This document shows positions 1 to 13,058 of a stretch of 64,000 bases of DNA, one piece after another. The DNA lies in NCBI RefSeq assembly GCF_902459465.1, contig NC_047064.1, positions 19,034,001 through 19,098,000 on the forward strand. Direction: 5' to 3'. The DNA comes from Asterias rubens. Taxonomy: Eukaryota. The translations under genes were made by a program, and so were the position numbers. The notes beneath the pieces were generated by a model. That model worked only from the letters and a program-made list of their open reading frames with translations, was not told the DNA's origin and did no database searches. Positions within the stretch are counted from its first letter, which is position 1. Each line of letters opens with the position of its first letter.

Positions 1-357
1 GTGATTTACAGAGAGATATGTCATCTGACATAAAAATGGTCTTCGAACATCTACTGACATTCTGGCAAATCAATACAACTCGTCACAAATGTTAATCACG
101 AAATTGATTGATTTTTTTTTTTTTTTTAATTGGATGGTTGGTGTATAGGGGGGGATATAGGGAACTTATTAAGCGCAGCAGGGGTATAGCTTATGCCATA
201 TGTCACCAAGGGATACCAAGAGCTCCTTTCGGAATTTCCCAAAAATTATGAAGGCACGAATGGCAACAAATATTATGCGTCACTGGTACACCTCACACAG
301 ATGCATAGAGATAAGCCAGAGCTACATGTATAGGAATTTTACTCTCTCTAGCTATAC

Positions 358-743
358 TTAAAGACCTGGACACTATTGGTAATTGTCAAAGAACAGTCTT
401 CTCACTTGGTGTATCTCAACATAAGCATAAAATAACAAACCTGTAAAAAATTGAGCTCAATTGGTCGTCGATGTTGCGAGATAATAATGAAAGAAAAAAC
501 TTCCTTGTCACAAGAACTTGTGTGCTTTCAGATGCTTGATTTTGAGACCTCAAAATCTAATTCTGAGATCTCGAAATCAAATTCGTGAAAAATTCTTCTT
601 TCTCGAAAACTACGTTAATTCAGAGGGAGCCTTTTCTCACAATATTTTATACTATCAACAACTCTCCATTACTCGTTGCCAAGTAAGTTTTTATGCTAAC
701 AATTCTTTTTTGAGTAATTACCAATAGTGTCCAGTGCCTTTAA
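358..743. mobile_element. Kolobok-like MITE (family A), full length
   Basis: TTAA|AGACCTGGACACTATTGGTAATT ... AATTACCAATAGTGTCCAGTGCCT|TTAA. About 25-bp TIRs, TTAA on both sides, purine-purine termini as in Kolobok. Confidence 0.85.
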
Positions 744-3526
744 TCTAGAAGCAAGCGCTTGCACACACTGCATATTACACAAGGTCATGTACCTGGCCGA
801 CGTCGATATACCATGATGATGCACATTCGACTAATTTCACTCTAACGTGATTACCGGCAAACGACGAGGCAAACCCGGGCAGATAAGCTAAGTAAAATTT
901 ATCTAAATTAACCCGAATGTTCATTTGTCAATGAGGGGAGAGAGAGGGGGGGGTGGTTGTCAGAGGCATTTCCCCGAGATTGAAATGCTGGGAATTAACT
1001 TTGCAAGAGTAACCCACGTTTAGTGAATTAAAATGCATAAACTTCTTGCCAAAAAGACTGCCTCGCTATGTTGGAAGGGAAGTCTGGTTGGCCGTTTAAT
1101 TTTCTTAATCACCGAGGCAGGGGCACTGCGGCTTCCACCGCGCTTTCGCGCAAACCTCTTTTACGATGCCGCAAAATCGAACTTTGTTTAATTGGCGTAC
1201 CTTCAATTATTTCCTCAATGCATTCTATGAGTTTGCACTGCCCTTTAACATTAAGAGATATTTCTGGTAACAGAACCATTGTGTCATTATGTACAACATC
1301 AATAATGTTGCACTACATTTGTTTCAGTATTCAAAGCCCGGGTCAGAGTTGACCCGGATCTGAATTCCTTGGGGTCAGTATGACTCGAAATCTCGATCAA
1401 TTGAGAGGTGAGATCGAAATGAGTTAAAATCACATTTCAGACTGACCCAGAAATGGGTCAGGCATTGACCCGGAGTCCGGGTCAATCTGACCCGGAAGTA
1501 ATTCCAGATTGTAGTTGCGGTACCTCTTTTGAAGTAGTTTTGGAACATTTATGTTTAGCAAACCATGCATTTGGCAAAATGTGCCCGATTACATGGGGCT
1601 GCTGGAAATATTGTTGAGAACATTCTTAGTGCAGGGAACAAGTCACGTCACACACACAAACAACGTGTATCTTAACTCTTCGTATCTGGGACTGCTGCAT
1701 GGAGGGTGGGTAATGTCTCTGCTACGCACAGCTTCTACCTATAGCACTCTCAGCTCTAAGACGTTGCCCACTGTTCACTTATGTCTCCACGAACCACACC
1801 CTACGTGCTTTACTATCAACTGTTAACAGTCGAACAAAATGGGAGGGGCAACTACCCCTCCCCAATTCCCCTAATCTCGGTGGTTCGCACGCGGAGGAAA
1901 TTGTTCACCGTTAAGTCATTAGCCCGCGTTAACTTTCGAATTGGAAACCGGAAGCCTGTTTGAGTTTTGCTGACCTTCCATGCAAACCGTACCCAGGAAG
2001 CAGCCCGTGCCGGGTAGGTGACAGATAGGGCCTGGGTGCAACCTTGACTCCACTAGATAATGTACCTTGACTTCCGCTTACCATGGCCTGCCAACCTAAT
2101 AGTGTGGGCAGGGAGGGACTGTTTTCTGGTGATAGTGGTTTCTCCGATGTGTGTGTTTGCTGCATGTCACGAACCCCAAACCCACGGGCCACTCGGTGTG
2201 TTACTGCTCAGCAGTCAGTACGGCGCTCATTTCAGGTGCTTCTTGGCTTTGGTGCTTGTGCTTCAATGCTTGTTCTTCAAGTCCCAGTATGAAGTGTATG
2301 GTGATCCAAGTCGATGAGACAAGTGTAGGTTTTTCTGTTCACAAAGTTCGTACTTAACTTAAACATCTATACCCAAGTTTTATTCAATCGAACTACACAT
2401 CAACAACAGACAGTATACGATCATCTGCAGATGCATGCTCTATGGTACCGATAGAGCAAGATGGTACGATCAGCCAGGACTTCCTTGTGAATGGATCTCT
2501 TTCTTCGAATGAATCGCCCACTGATGAGAGTACTTCGTCTTTCAGAGGAATTGGGTTGGGGTTTTTTTGTGCAGTACAATTTGCTGCCAACTCGAGCAGC
2601 CATCACAGAAATGCTTGGTAATGTATATTAAGCACTTACCGGTAATTCTTCCGTATGGCTTGAAAGCAGATTTGAGAACACAAGCCTCGCATAAACCTCC
2701 TGAGAGAATGCACCGTAGCGAGTCCATCTGTAGACTTCAGATTAGTCAGTTGGTAAGTATATGCTCCAACGGTACAAGTTTATTGTGGAACCACCTGTGT
2801 AGATTAATTAACAAATAGTTTTAGTTAACTTAACTTTTTGGATATTTCCTCATTTGGGGAAGAAAACAAATTGTCTCTAATGGTGGTCCGTACGTGTATA
2901 CTTACTTTTTGCAGACGCGTTGAACGCACGTACGCAGATTGCGCGTCTATACTTGCCACCATTTTGGTTGTCAATTGACCCCCCCCCCTTCACATTTCAA
3001 GTGTCAAGTTTCATCTTTATATCATTAGCTTTCAGCTTAAAATTCGTTTGCTGTGGAGTCATCAAATATTATAAATCCTTGGTTAAAGAAGCCTCCCCCC
3101 CTCAAATTTTACCGACCGGCGTCTATCTGTCTTTTATATCACATCACTTGCCTGCTTCCTTGAAAGTCAGAGAAATAAAAAATAAAATTAAAATTAAAAA
3201 AAAATGGATACTGAGTATTGCAATGTAAAGGCAAGTGCGTTAGATTCAATATCATGTTTTATTTTGCAATCGGATAACACCAGATTGACTTTCCTTTAAA
3301 GTGCGTTGGCACATTATTTTGCAACAATCACACTTTAACGGCTACGGTACATGGGTCCTGGTGACGAATCGAATTACACTCTCTGAAAATGAGCCTGATA
3401 ATATTTCTTCATCGTCGAAGAGATTAACACATGGTGTACAATAATGATGAACGTTCGTCGTATGTTGCATATTTCTTAGAGATACACGTGTCCATTTCAA
3501 CAACTTTAAAACCACTGATGTAGCAG

Positions 3527-3856
3527 TTAAAGGCAGTGGACACTATTGGTAATTACTCAAAATAATTGTTCTCATAAAACCTTTCTTGAGTACGAGTAAT
3601 GGGGAGAGGTTGATAGTATATAAAACATTGTGAGAAACGGCTCCCTCTGAAGTGACGTAGTTTTCGAGAAAGAAGATATTTTCCACGAATTTGATTTCGA
3701 GACCTCAGATTTAGAATTTGAAGGTCTCGAAATCAAGCATCTGAAAGCACCTAACTTCGTGTGACCATACTGCGACAAGGATGTTTTTTCTTCCATTGAT
3801 ATCTCGCAACTTTGACGACCGATTGAGCTTAAACTTTCACAGGTTTGTTATCTTAT
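3527..3856. mobile_element. Family A MITE, opposite orientation, truncated
   Basis: TTAAAGGCAGTGGACACTATTGGTAATTACTCAAAAT start; internal sequence matches other copies; second TIR missing. Confidence 0.8.
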
Positions 3857-4369
3857 GCAAAAAAAATGAAACCAACTCCGGTGGGCTTTCTAACCCACGA
3901 CCTCCATTCTAAATCAGATGGGGACCCTCGTATAGCACTCTTACTTTAGCACTTTACAAATACCATGTACAGCACTTTATTAATCCATTTAAATTTAGCA
4001 TTTTTACCAAATTTGTAAAGTACAGTTGGATAGTAAAGAAACTGTTGAGAGGCTAAGGTGTTTTGTCGTCGTGATATTCACAAAATAAAAAGTACACGTT
4101 ACGACTTCCCTAATCTCCGTATATGAATTAATGGGTAATTTTATTGCATATGTCTTTTCACTTATTCTGGTCATAACTGTTCGCTTTTAGAAAGGTCAAA
4201 TGAGCCCATTTCCGTCTGCGATTACCAGATGAATGGCCCAACCATCGCCGGAAACGCTCCCAATGTACACCGAATAAATGCAGTTGTAAATCTGACAAAT
4301 ATTCATAATCAATTTGCATGACCAGCAATCTCTTGTGGTGTGAGCATTTTGTCTGACACAATTGAAATG

Positions 4370-4774
4370 TCAAAGACAATGGACACTATTGGTAATTGTC
4401 AAAGACCAGACTTCTCATTTGGTGTATCTCAATATGTGCATAAAATAACAAACCTGTATGTGAAAATGTGAGCTCAATAGGTCGTCGAAGTAGCGAGATA
4501 ATAATGAAAGAAAAAACGCCCTTGTCACACGAAGATGTGGCATTTTTTTTAGATGGTTGATTTCGAGACCTCAAATGGTCTCAAATTCTAAATCTGAGGT
4601 CTCAAAATCAAATTCGTGGAAAACTGCTTCTTTCTCGAAAACTATGGCCTTTCAGAGGGTGCTGTTTTTCACAATGTTTTATACCATCAATCTTCTCCCC
4701 ATTACTCGTCACCAAGTAAGTTTTTATGCTAATAATTATTTCGAGTAATTACCAATAGTGTCCACTGCCTTTAA
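4370..4774. mobile_element. Family A MITE, full length
   Basis: TIRs GGACACTATTGGTAATT / AATTACCAATAGTGTCCACTGCCT|TTAA. Confidence 0.85.
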
Positions 4775-5039
4775 GTGCAACGTCATATTTCATATGTGTT
4801 ACAAATTGGAACATCGGAACGAATTAAAACATGAAATTATAGCTCATGTGGTCTCATCCAAGATCTGACGATTTTAGTAAGAGAGCGCCCCCTTACGGTC
4901 AACATTTGGTTTCTGACGGATCAGCAAAAACAAGTATAAACCATTCAACATCAACTTTCGTTCTGCTGTCTCAGCCATGGTGTGCCCTTTTAAGGTGTTA
5001 CAACCGCGTAAACCTATTACAAAGTCTTATATAGTAGAC

Positions 5040-5365
5040 TGTGCAAGTCAACCATTTGGACACATTACGTTCCCGAGTTATACTGATTGTTTATCAAGTT
5101 TCATGTCAAGAAAAGTGGCACAACAAGAATGACATCTTACGCCTGACCTGCCTGGACCACCAACGCAACGCATAGTGTCCAAAATAAAAAGGAAACAACT
5201 TCAGTCCCAATTGAGTTACTTAAAGAACACAAGCATCATCGCTAATGATAGAGCATTTTGTAAACAAAGCAACGAAACTACTGTCAGAGTTCCGAAAAGG
5301 ACGGTCCCCGAGAGACCACTGTGCTAAAAAGGGATACAAAACAGTACCTTCAATATTCCCAAACC
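5040..5365 (+). pseudogene. Degraded THAP-domain coding remnant, probably transposon-derived
   Basis: Fragments across frames: KFH, RIVSKIKRK, HHR..EHF, LKRD / VPSIFP, matching the THAP order FP..W..R..CxxHF..LKxxAVPSIF; interrupted by stops and frameshifts. Confidence 0.4.
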
Positions 5366-7145
5366 TATTGTGCTTTCACAGCAATACTACAAAATCACCA
5401 CTGTCTTGTTACTGCTCTAACGCACGTTTCATGTTCTCTATTCTAACCAACTGTGACAGGCGTTGCAAAACAATGACATTGTCAGTTGATGTAGCGGAAT
5501 CTTCTGATGAATGAAAAGCCAAATTGTGTTTGTTTTCTAAACTCGGGGCCGTTTATCTCTTCATTCCATTCTATGCACACATTACTCCATAGCCTGCCAA
5601 CCAATTAGTTTTCTCTCTTAGTCTTTTTGCGCAAATTACCTTCATTCGGCTTCCTTAATTATTTATAACGGACGGAACCTAGCACGCAAGCCCCCCCCCC
5701 CCCCACCTCTATTCCAGCTTAACTCTTCAGCAATATTTGAACGCGGAGAAAATGAAATTAAAAGACACTAGCTGGTTACTAAGTGGCTTTTAGTTTCTAC
5801 AGAGGAGAGGGGAAAAAAAACTAAGTAAATTTGCATGTACTTCCCGTTATCCATCATTTAAACAGAAGCTGGTCGCTGTTTCTACTGTGCTCAAGGTCTG
5901 TTAAATAACTGGATTAGCGCATCTGATTGTGGGTTTATTTCCCCTCTGGATTGATGGGGGAATTATTGTGGATGGTGTATTATTCTTGTGAATCCGTCGA
6001 TTGTTTGTTGTAGATTCTAAATAATTATGAAAGACTGGAAACGTTTTCAAAAACAAATTCTGTTTAGGCCAGAATGTGGGTTTCACTTTTTTTTTCCAAA
6101 GATAAATTTGGTGTAGAATTCATGTTAAGGTATTTTTCATCCAACGTTTCTGAGATTGAAATTTGAACCCCTATCTCGAAAACCACGTTCCTAAGGAGGG
6201 AACTGCTTCTCAAAATATTATTATCAACAGCTGCAGTGTTTCTTACCAAGTGAGCTTTTATGATACTCAACAGAAAGTAGTTTTTGCAATTATACCCACA
6301 AACCAAAAGATTGCTGCCCAGAAATCATATAACTAATACGATATGAATTTTCAGTATTTTGGCTGTTATGTAGCCTCTTTTTAATTAAGCTAAAATTGCC
6401 CGCGTAAGGAAAATGTCGAGAACCTTACGGAATGTTGTACATGATTGGCTGTATAGTATAGGGAGTGTCATCTAAGCAAGATCATCATGCATCAGGCATA
6501 CACAATAATACCCTATTATGGAAACTTATGTATGTCCTTCATGGCAACATGCAACAAATAATGTACCCTTTTTTAATCTCAAGACCCACCCCTGGCAATC
6601 ATAAACCCATACAAAAATTACAACAGCAAATAATTATTTCCCTTTATATATCTGTATATATTTTGTAGTGATGTTTCTTGTAATGGACGTTAAAAATTAT
6701 GTTTTCTTTATTAAAAATCAACATTTTTTTTTTCAATATTCTTGGGCTGTATCTTGTATACCGTATACATTATTTACAAACACACTCTGGCATCGTCCGT
6801 TATAGAATCTACCCTGGAAAACAATATTAAAACTAATCACACAAACCCTACAAAATTCTATCGAATAATTCCAGCCCCATTTTCATTAAGTCCGTCCGAG
6901 GGCGTCTTCGGTCTCCATGGTTACCTAACCCCTGTTTGCTACCAGCCAATCAGAACCATGCACGAGACAACAGCTGCCCTGTTCAGCAAGTGAATGTAAT
7001 TGTGTATGATTTTTCTATTGTTACCTTCATACCATAGTTGAGTAGTGAGAGACAAAGACAGTTATGGCTTCGTGCATTGTGTCTTTGTATAATATACCGC
7101 GAATGTCTGTGTGTATAGCAACAAATTATAGATGGCTATTGGTTT

Positions 7146-7811
7146 GGACCCAATTCCTTCGAGCTGCTTAATCAGAAAGTGTTGCTTAAAAATCCATGTT
7201 TAGCAATGATGAGCAGGGCATGACATTTTTGCCTCGATGAAAACAGGATTACCAACCAAATTTTCACTTGATTTTCAGGATAAGAAAACGACAGGAACAA
7301 ACAATAACTAATAATTTTTTATGCAAAAAATGAAAATTTGGTTAGTAATCTTGTTTTTATCAAGGAAAAATGTCATGCTAAGCAAATTTGTGCGCTTAGC
7401 AGCTCTATGAAACTGGGCCCAGGATACCAGTCGCAGATTGTACACGTGACATAGAATTTTGGCTTGTTAGCTTATTATAGAAAGCATTTTAATGCTGTTG
7501 TTCTTGGTTATAGTTGCTGTGCCGAAACAGCTCCGTGTAAGGTGTCTGGGCCAAATTTCATAGAGCTGCTTAACGCCTGATTCTGTGCTTACTGTGCGAT
7601 TTCCCTTTCATAGCGCTGCTAACCGTAAGCACACGAAAAGGCATGCTAACTCTGGTGCTTACTGCACGGAAAGTAATGAACAGAAAGGGTGAACAGCCAA
7701 AATTACATCATTTTTCATTGCTGTGACTGGTACCCCACTATTTTGTTTGCCTGGCAAAGAAATTTGTCAAACAGTTTTTTCTGCATAACGCTAGCTTTAT
7801 GAAATTTAGCC
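7146..7811. mobile_element. Two adjacent family B MITEs (7146-7419 and 7549-7811)
   Basis: GGGCCCAATTTCATAGAGCTGCT-type TIRs at each end of both. Confidence 0.65.
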
Positions 7812-9349
7812 ATGGCTGTTGTAGCCTTAGCGATGTGTTGTGTTGCAGTTTGAGGTTTATTATCCTAGGGTTGGAAAAGGGATATCCGCTGAATTCCATA
7901 AGGTTAGGAAACAAGCCGTCTATAATTCGACATCTTGACTGTAGCTAAACATGCACAGGATGTGTTGCCCTATCGCAATGTTGATTCAAGTACAGTGTAT
8001 GACAGTGTTTCTGGTTGCGAGTGGTTGGAATTTTTGTTACAATAGGGGTATCTTTTATTTATTAAAGTCACAATTATTCCGTCTTAGATCTCATCACTCT
8101 GATTTGATCAGCAAACCTATATATACTGGCTCGAGGGAGTTTGGTTTCCTATGATGCCGATAGCAAATTGGGACCCCGAGAGACGACGGCCAGCTAAGAA
8201 ATAGCATGATGGTCAAATTCATTCTTTGAGACAAAGTTTTTTTAGTTTTTTTAAGCTATACTTGCTTTGCTCGTGGTATGTTGACACTCGTTCAAATATA
8301 GTTGCGAAATGACCCCCCATAATTGCATAAAAATATCCCAAATTCCGGCTCAATTCAACAAGTGTCTACTCTGTTGCTATGTATTTTATAGCATGTATAT
8401 TAATTTTGGTTTTACCCATATACAACGATGTTTTAGCACATACTCAGTACTTTTTCGAGCCCTGTGAAACAATTAGCATGGTTTGTATTTTATTGTGTAA
8501 GTTTCATGTGCTCGTGTAATGTAAGTTTGTAATTTTTTAGACAGTTTTGTGGTGTTCAAGTACCTTTTTCTTCTTTTGGGATTTGATTTTAATTGTGCTT
8601 ATTTTTTACTGGCAGTAGTAATTTTGCTCAAACGTTTACTTGGTTAATTTTCCTACTAATATGTTGTTAATATTGTTTATGCACCGTCGAACAGGCTGGT
8701 GTTGGAGAAAGCGCATAGTAAATGTAATAAATTGTTATTTTTATCATTGTTTGTTTAATTATTAATGAACAAAATGCAGAATAATGGAAGTTCAATTTCT
8801 GCTGGAGTGAACAGACATGAACATTCAAAACTATTATGCCGAAAAATAATAATGTTGACAATCTCGTGACTAATTCAAAGTTAAAATATAATTAAATTTG
8901 CCCGAGTGAAAGTTGAAGACAAGTCTCTCTTAGATTGCATTAAATTCGACAAGGTTATGTTTGAAGAGAATTTAAACCCCCTAAAAAAAAGCTTTGTAGC
9001 TATCTCCGTTACTATTTTCGTCATAATGCTTGTGTTATAATCTAACAGTAGATGGCAGATAGCTGAAGATGAATTAGCAATATATACTAAACTGATGCTA
9101 TTTACTCATGGGAAAAATTGAACGACACTCCAGGGACAGTGTGTATACGCCAAGATGTCATTTTATGAAGTGGAGCAAATACCAGGCAGGTCCATTAACA
9201 GACTACGGTAGCTCCGAAGAGCCATGCCTGAGGATGTCAGTTATTAATTGTCATTACCCATTAGCTGTGTAATCACTTCGTCATTGCAGTTTGTGCTTCA
9301 AGGCCTAGACTCCTTATCAACTCTTAATATTATTTAATATGTTATATAA

Positions 9350-9756
9350 TTATACATGTCGATGAGTGGATTAGACTTGTTTCCAAGTCTTCTCTGAGCT
9401 TTTCTAGTACCGTAAGTTTTAACGGTGTTCATACAGTGCGCAGTCTCACTAAACGGATTTAGTAAACGTAAAAATTATTGTTGTGGTGAATTTCTACAAA
9501 ATTATACATGTCGAATACTGGACTGGACTTGTTTCCAAGTCTTCTCTGATTTGTTCGTAATGAGAGCACGTTATGCCAACATAAGTTTATCTTTTGCGCA
9601 GTCTCACTGAACGGGTTTAGTAAATGTAACAATAATGTAATCATGACGATTACATGACTAGACTTGTTTCCAAGTCTTCTCAGAGCTCGTAAGGAGAACA
9701 AAATAAATGTCATCATTGATGATGTTCATCTTCAGTGCGCAATCTTACTAAAACGG
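9350..9756. repeat. Three diverged units of about 150 bp with conserved boxes
   Basis: GACTTGTTTCCAAGTCTTCTC at 9374, 9526 and 9661; GCGCAGTCTCACTAAACGG-like boxes at 9438, 9596 and 9737. Confidence 0.8.
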
Positions 9757-10596
9757 CTTCAAAAAAGTGTTCATCTACTTTTTCTACGGGGGGACAGCAT
9801 TTTTATTGGGTATGAGGGACGGGTTTTTTTTTAGGGGGCGGATGGATGCGAGTGATAAAGAGTCAAGGTTAACGGCCCGGTGCTTCGTCATTTTGTATAA
9901 TTTCCAAATTACCTGCCTGCGTCATTACCACAAAATCATAATTACACAGCGGTAGTAGTTTTACACAGTGCACGCTCGCACGCAATGCTCTTTGTCGTTT
10001 ATTATTAATAATGTACAGCCAGTGACGCTTGGGGTCATCAGCAGAGCCCAGCTTTATAGAGCTGCTTAAGCAGATTGATTAACAATTAACGTGCTGAGCA
10101 GAAATTACCAATTGTACATAATGGTATGGTATTTTGGCTAGTAACCTTATTATGGTAAGCATAATTTTGCTGTGCTTAGCTACATTCTTAGGTCCTACAC
10201 GTGATTGTAATCCGTGTGTCGTAACGGTGTCAAAATTATATTATTTTTTTTCCAGAAACTGATTGGCGTCCTCTCTCGGCCATCAGCGACACGTGGCTCA
10301 TATACAAGTCGAAGAAAAAATGCGCTGTGAACGAAAAGACGACTTCGTGCTTGTCTGCAGTACTGGTAGGTGTTAAATTTGTGGTTTTTGCGGCCTATAT
10401 TCGTCTTTTGTTCTAATGATTATTTCCTTGCGTGCTCGCAACAAATTGACAGTACTGTGGTAGCAACTAAAACCATGGAAGTTTAAAACTGTCGCCATCG
10501 TGCAAGCTACATTATTATATTCACACAAGTAGCTACTACAAGTAGCCTAACAGTTAGTATCGAAGCCACCTTTGCCGTTAAACGCACATGATAAGG

Positions 10597-10981
10597 TTAA
10601 AGGCAGTGGACACTATTGGTAATCGTCAAAGACTAGCCGTCACAGTTTGTGTATCTCAATATGTGCATAAAATAACAAACCTGTGAAGATTTGAGCTCAA
10701 TCGGTTGTAGAAGTTGCGAGATAATAATGAAAGAAAAAAAAACTTGTTACACGAAGTTAAGTGCTTTCTGATGCTTGATTTCGAGACCTCAAGTTCTAAA
10801 CTTGAGGTCTCGAAATTAAAATCGTGGAAAACTACTTCTTTCTCGAAAACTACGTCACTTCAGAGGGAGCTGTTTCTCACAATGTTTTATACCATCAACC
10901 TCTCACCATTACTCGTAATCAAGAAAGGTTTTATGATGATAATTATTTTGAGTAATTACCAATAGTGTCCACTGCCTTTAA
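10597..10981. mobile_element. Family A MITE, full length, flanked by a 23-bp direct repeat
   Basis: Both TIRs intact; TTAAACGCACATGATAAGGTTAA at 10578-10600 and 10978-11000. Confidence 0.9.
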
Positions 10982-11358
10982 ACGCACATGATAAGGTTAA
11001 AGTAGTACACGTTTATCTATTGCATTAGTATCGTCGTCGGACTTTGTACCAATATTGTGAAAAACAGAGGCTGGAGTTCACCGATCAAATTATAGTACGA
11101 TTGAGAACCTGGTTTAATAAAAACTGTTTGCAATTTAGAAAGAAAAACCAAGTATATACATGTAGAAATGCGTTGATTTTGACTGCGAGAACCAGTGGTA
11201 GAACTTTACATGTTTTCCTTTAACTTTGAAGGATTGTACATGTTTGAACTGTCATGGCTGTTCTATTTTCACGAATAACAATAATTTTATGAACTCGGGA
11301 AAGTACTGAGTATACAGTGCTGCACATCGGTGTTTATGGGTAAAACAAAACTAACTAG

Positions 11359-11698
11359 TAAAGGCAGTGGACACTTGATTACGAGTAATGGGAAGAGGTT
11401 GATAGTATAAAACTATATGTGAGAAGCAGCTCCCTCTGAAGTGTCGTAGTTTTTGAGAAAGAAGTAATTGTCATCGAATTTGATTTCGAGACCTCAAGTT
11501 TAGAATGTGAGGTCTCGATATCTCAGAGAGCACACAACTTCATGTGACAAGAGTGTTTTTTCTTTCGTTATTACCTCGCAACTTCGACGACCGATTGAGC
11601 TCAAATTTTCACAGGTTTGTTATTTTATGCATATGTTGAGATACACCAACTGTGAAGACTAGTCTTTGACAATTACCAATAGTGTCGACTGTCTTTAA
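11359..11698. mobile_element. Family A MITE, opposite orientation, internal deletion next to the left TIR
   Basis: AAAGGCAGTGGACAC start; AATTACCAATAGTGTCGACTGTCT|TTAA end. Confidence 0.82.
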
Positions 11699-12220
11699 TA
11701 AACATAACAGGGACAACCCAAATTGCCATCTGCAACAATATTGCGCCCTCAACCTGTCTTCTCGTGATTTTCTTAAATTTAAACCGAAACTTTGAAAATT
11801 CTAATGATTCATTACGTACATGTGCTTGCTTGAAATAATTGCGGTTTGCACCTCAATAATATGGGTTGTCATTAATCAGAACCGTCATCACGGATAGTGA
11901 GGTTTGCTGGTAGTTTTGCAAATGTTGCCCCCTTTTTTTTGGGGGGGGGGGGGCAACAAGGTTCAAGGTAGACGTGTAGTCACGTGCAGTGACATTGACC
12001 ATGTTTTTTTGTGGTTTTCAGCTTTTGTGTCTTGTTCAGTGGTCTATGGAATTCAAGGTTTTTTCGTGTATTTTTTGTTTGCATTTGACCGGCTTTGTCT
12101 GAATTCACTTTTGATTTCGGAAATAAAAAACTTTCTGAAATCGACAGGTCTTGCATCCGGTTTCCTTTTGTAGATATCTCTGAAGAGTTGGGCATTTTAA
12201 CTCAATTTACGTCACACCTT

Positions 12221-12420
12221 TCAAAGGCACTGGACACTATTGGTAAATTCTCAAAGATTTCAGCTTTTATTATGCATCAGAAATCACACAAAATAATGCA
12301 ACAGTGGTATTGTTTGTCTTCTTGCAGCTTCGATGACCAATTGAGCCCAAATTTTCACAGGTTTGTTATTTTATGCATAAAATGTTGGGAAACTTAAAAG
12401 TGAATGACATATTCACCACG
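12221..12420. mobile_element. Family A MITE fragment
   Basis: TCAAAGGCACTGGACACTATTGGTAA plus the CCAATTGAGCCCAAATTTTCACAGGTTTG core. Confidence 0.65.
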
Positions 12421-12589
12421 AGCTGATGATTATTTGTAAAAGAAGAAAAAAAAAGAGGTGAACAAATTTGTTTTTCAGAAAAAGTATTCGTCATAATGGT
12501 ATATTTTATGATCATCATAGTGGTGTGTTTACTGCGTATGTTATGCTACAGTGTGTAGCTATAATAATATAGCACAGTATGGGCACACG

Positions 12590-13008
12590 AGACTTTTTCG
12601 TGACTGCTCGATGTCGCCATCCTGTGGTTTTACGTCTCGCTTGCCTGCCTTTATTGGTGCGCGGTCAACCGAGGACGAGGAAATTTCGTCATGTACGGCG
12701 ACTCGCCACCACCAATGACGGTGGCGAATCGGCTGGTGCGGCGATAGCCTTGGCTGGGACCTGAAGCCACGCCCTGTTTGTAGGTGACTGAGTGGAAAGA
12801 GAGAGAAAAGAACTCCCCGGAACACCATCGAGCAACAAGCTAAACTAGCGAGACGTTCATCATTACAGGGGAGAGAATGAATTCAAGCCACCACGGTTCG
12901 GACCAGCTGGTGCGTCGTGCTTCGGCGTCTGATGATGATGATACCTGCTTCGCTATCGATCTCTACCCACTGCTGAAAGATGTCGTCACGCCGATCTCAT
13001 CATCCTCT

Positions 13009-13058
<50 letters not shown>

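Noticed and set aside
518-727. Recurrent ORFs such as CLISRPQ...TSFSKTTSLQREPF (also 3572, 4557, 10714, 44549, 56106)
   Set aside because: Chance frames within the non-coding family A MITE; they differ by frameshifts between copies.
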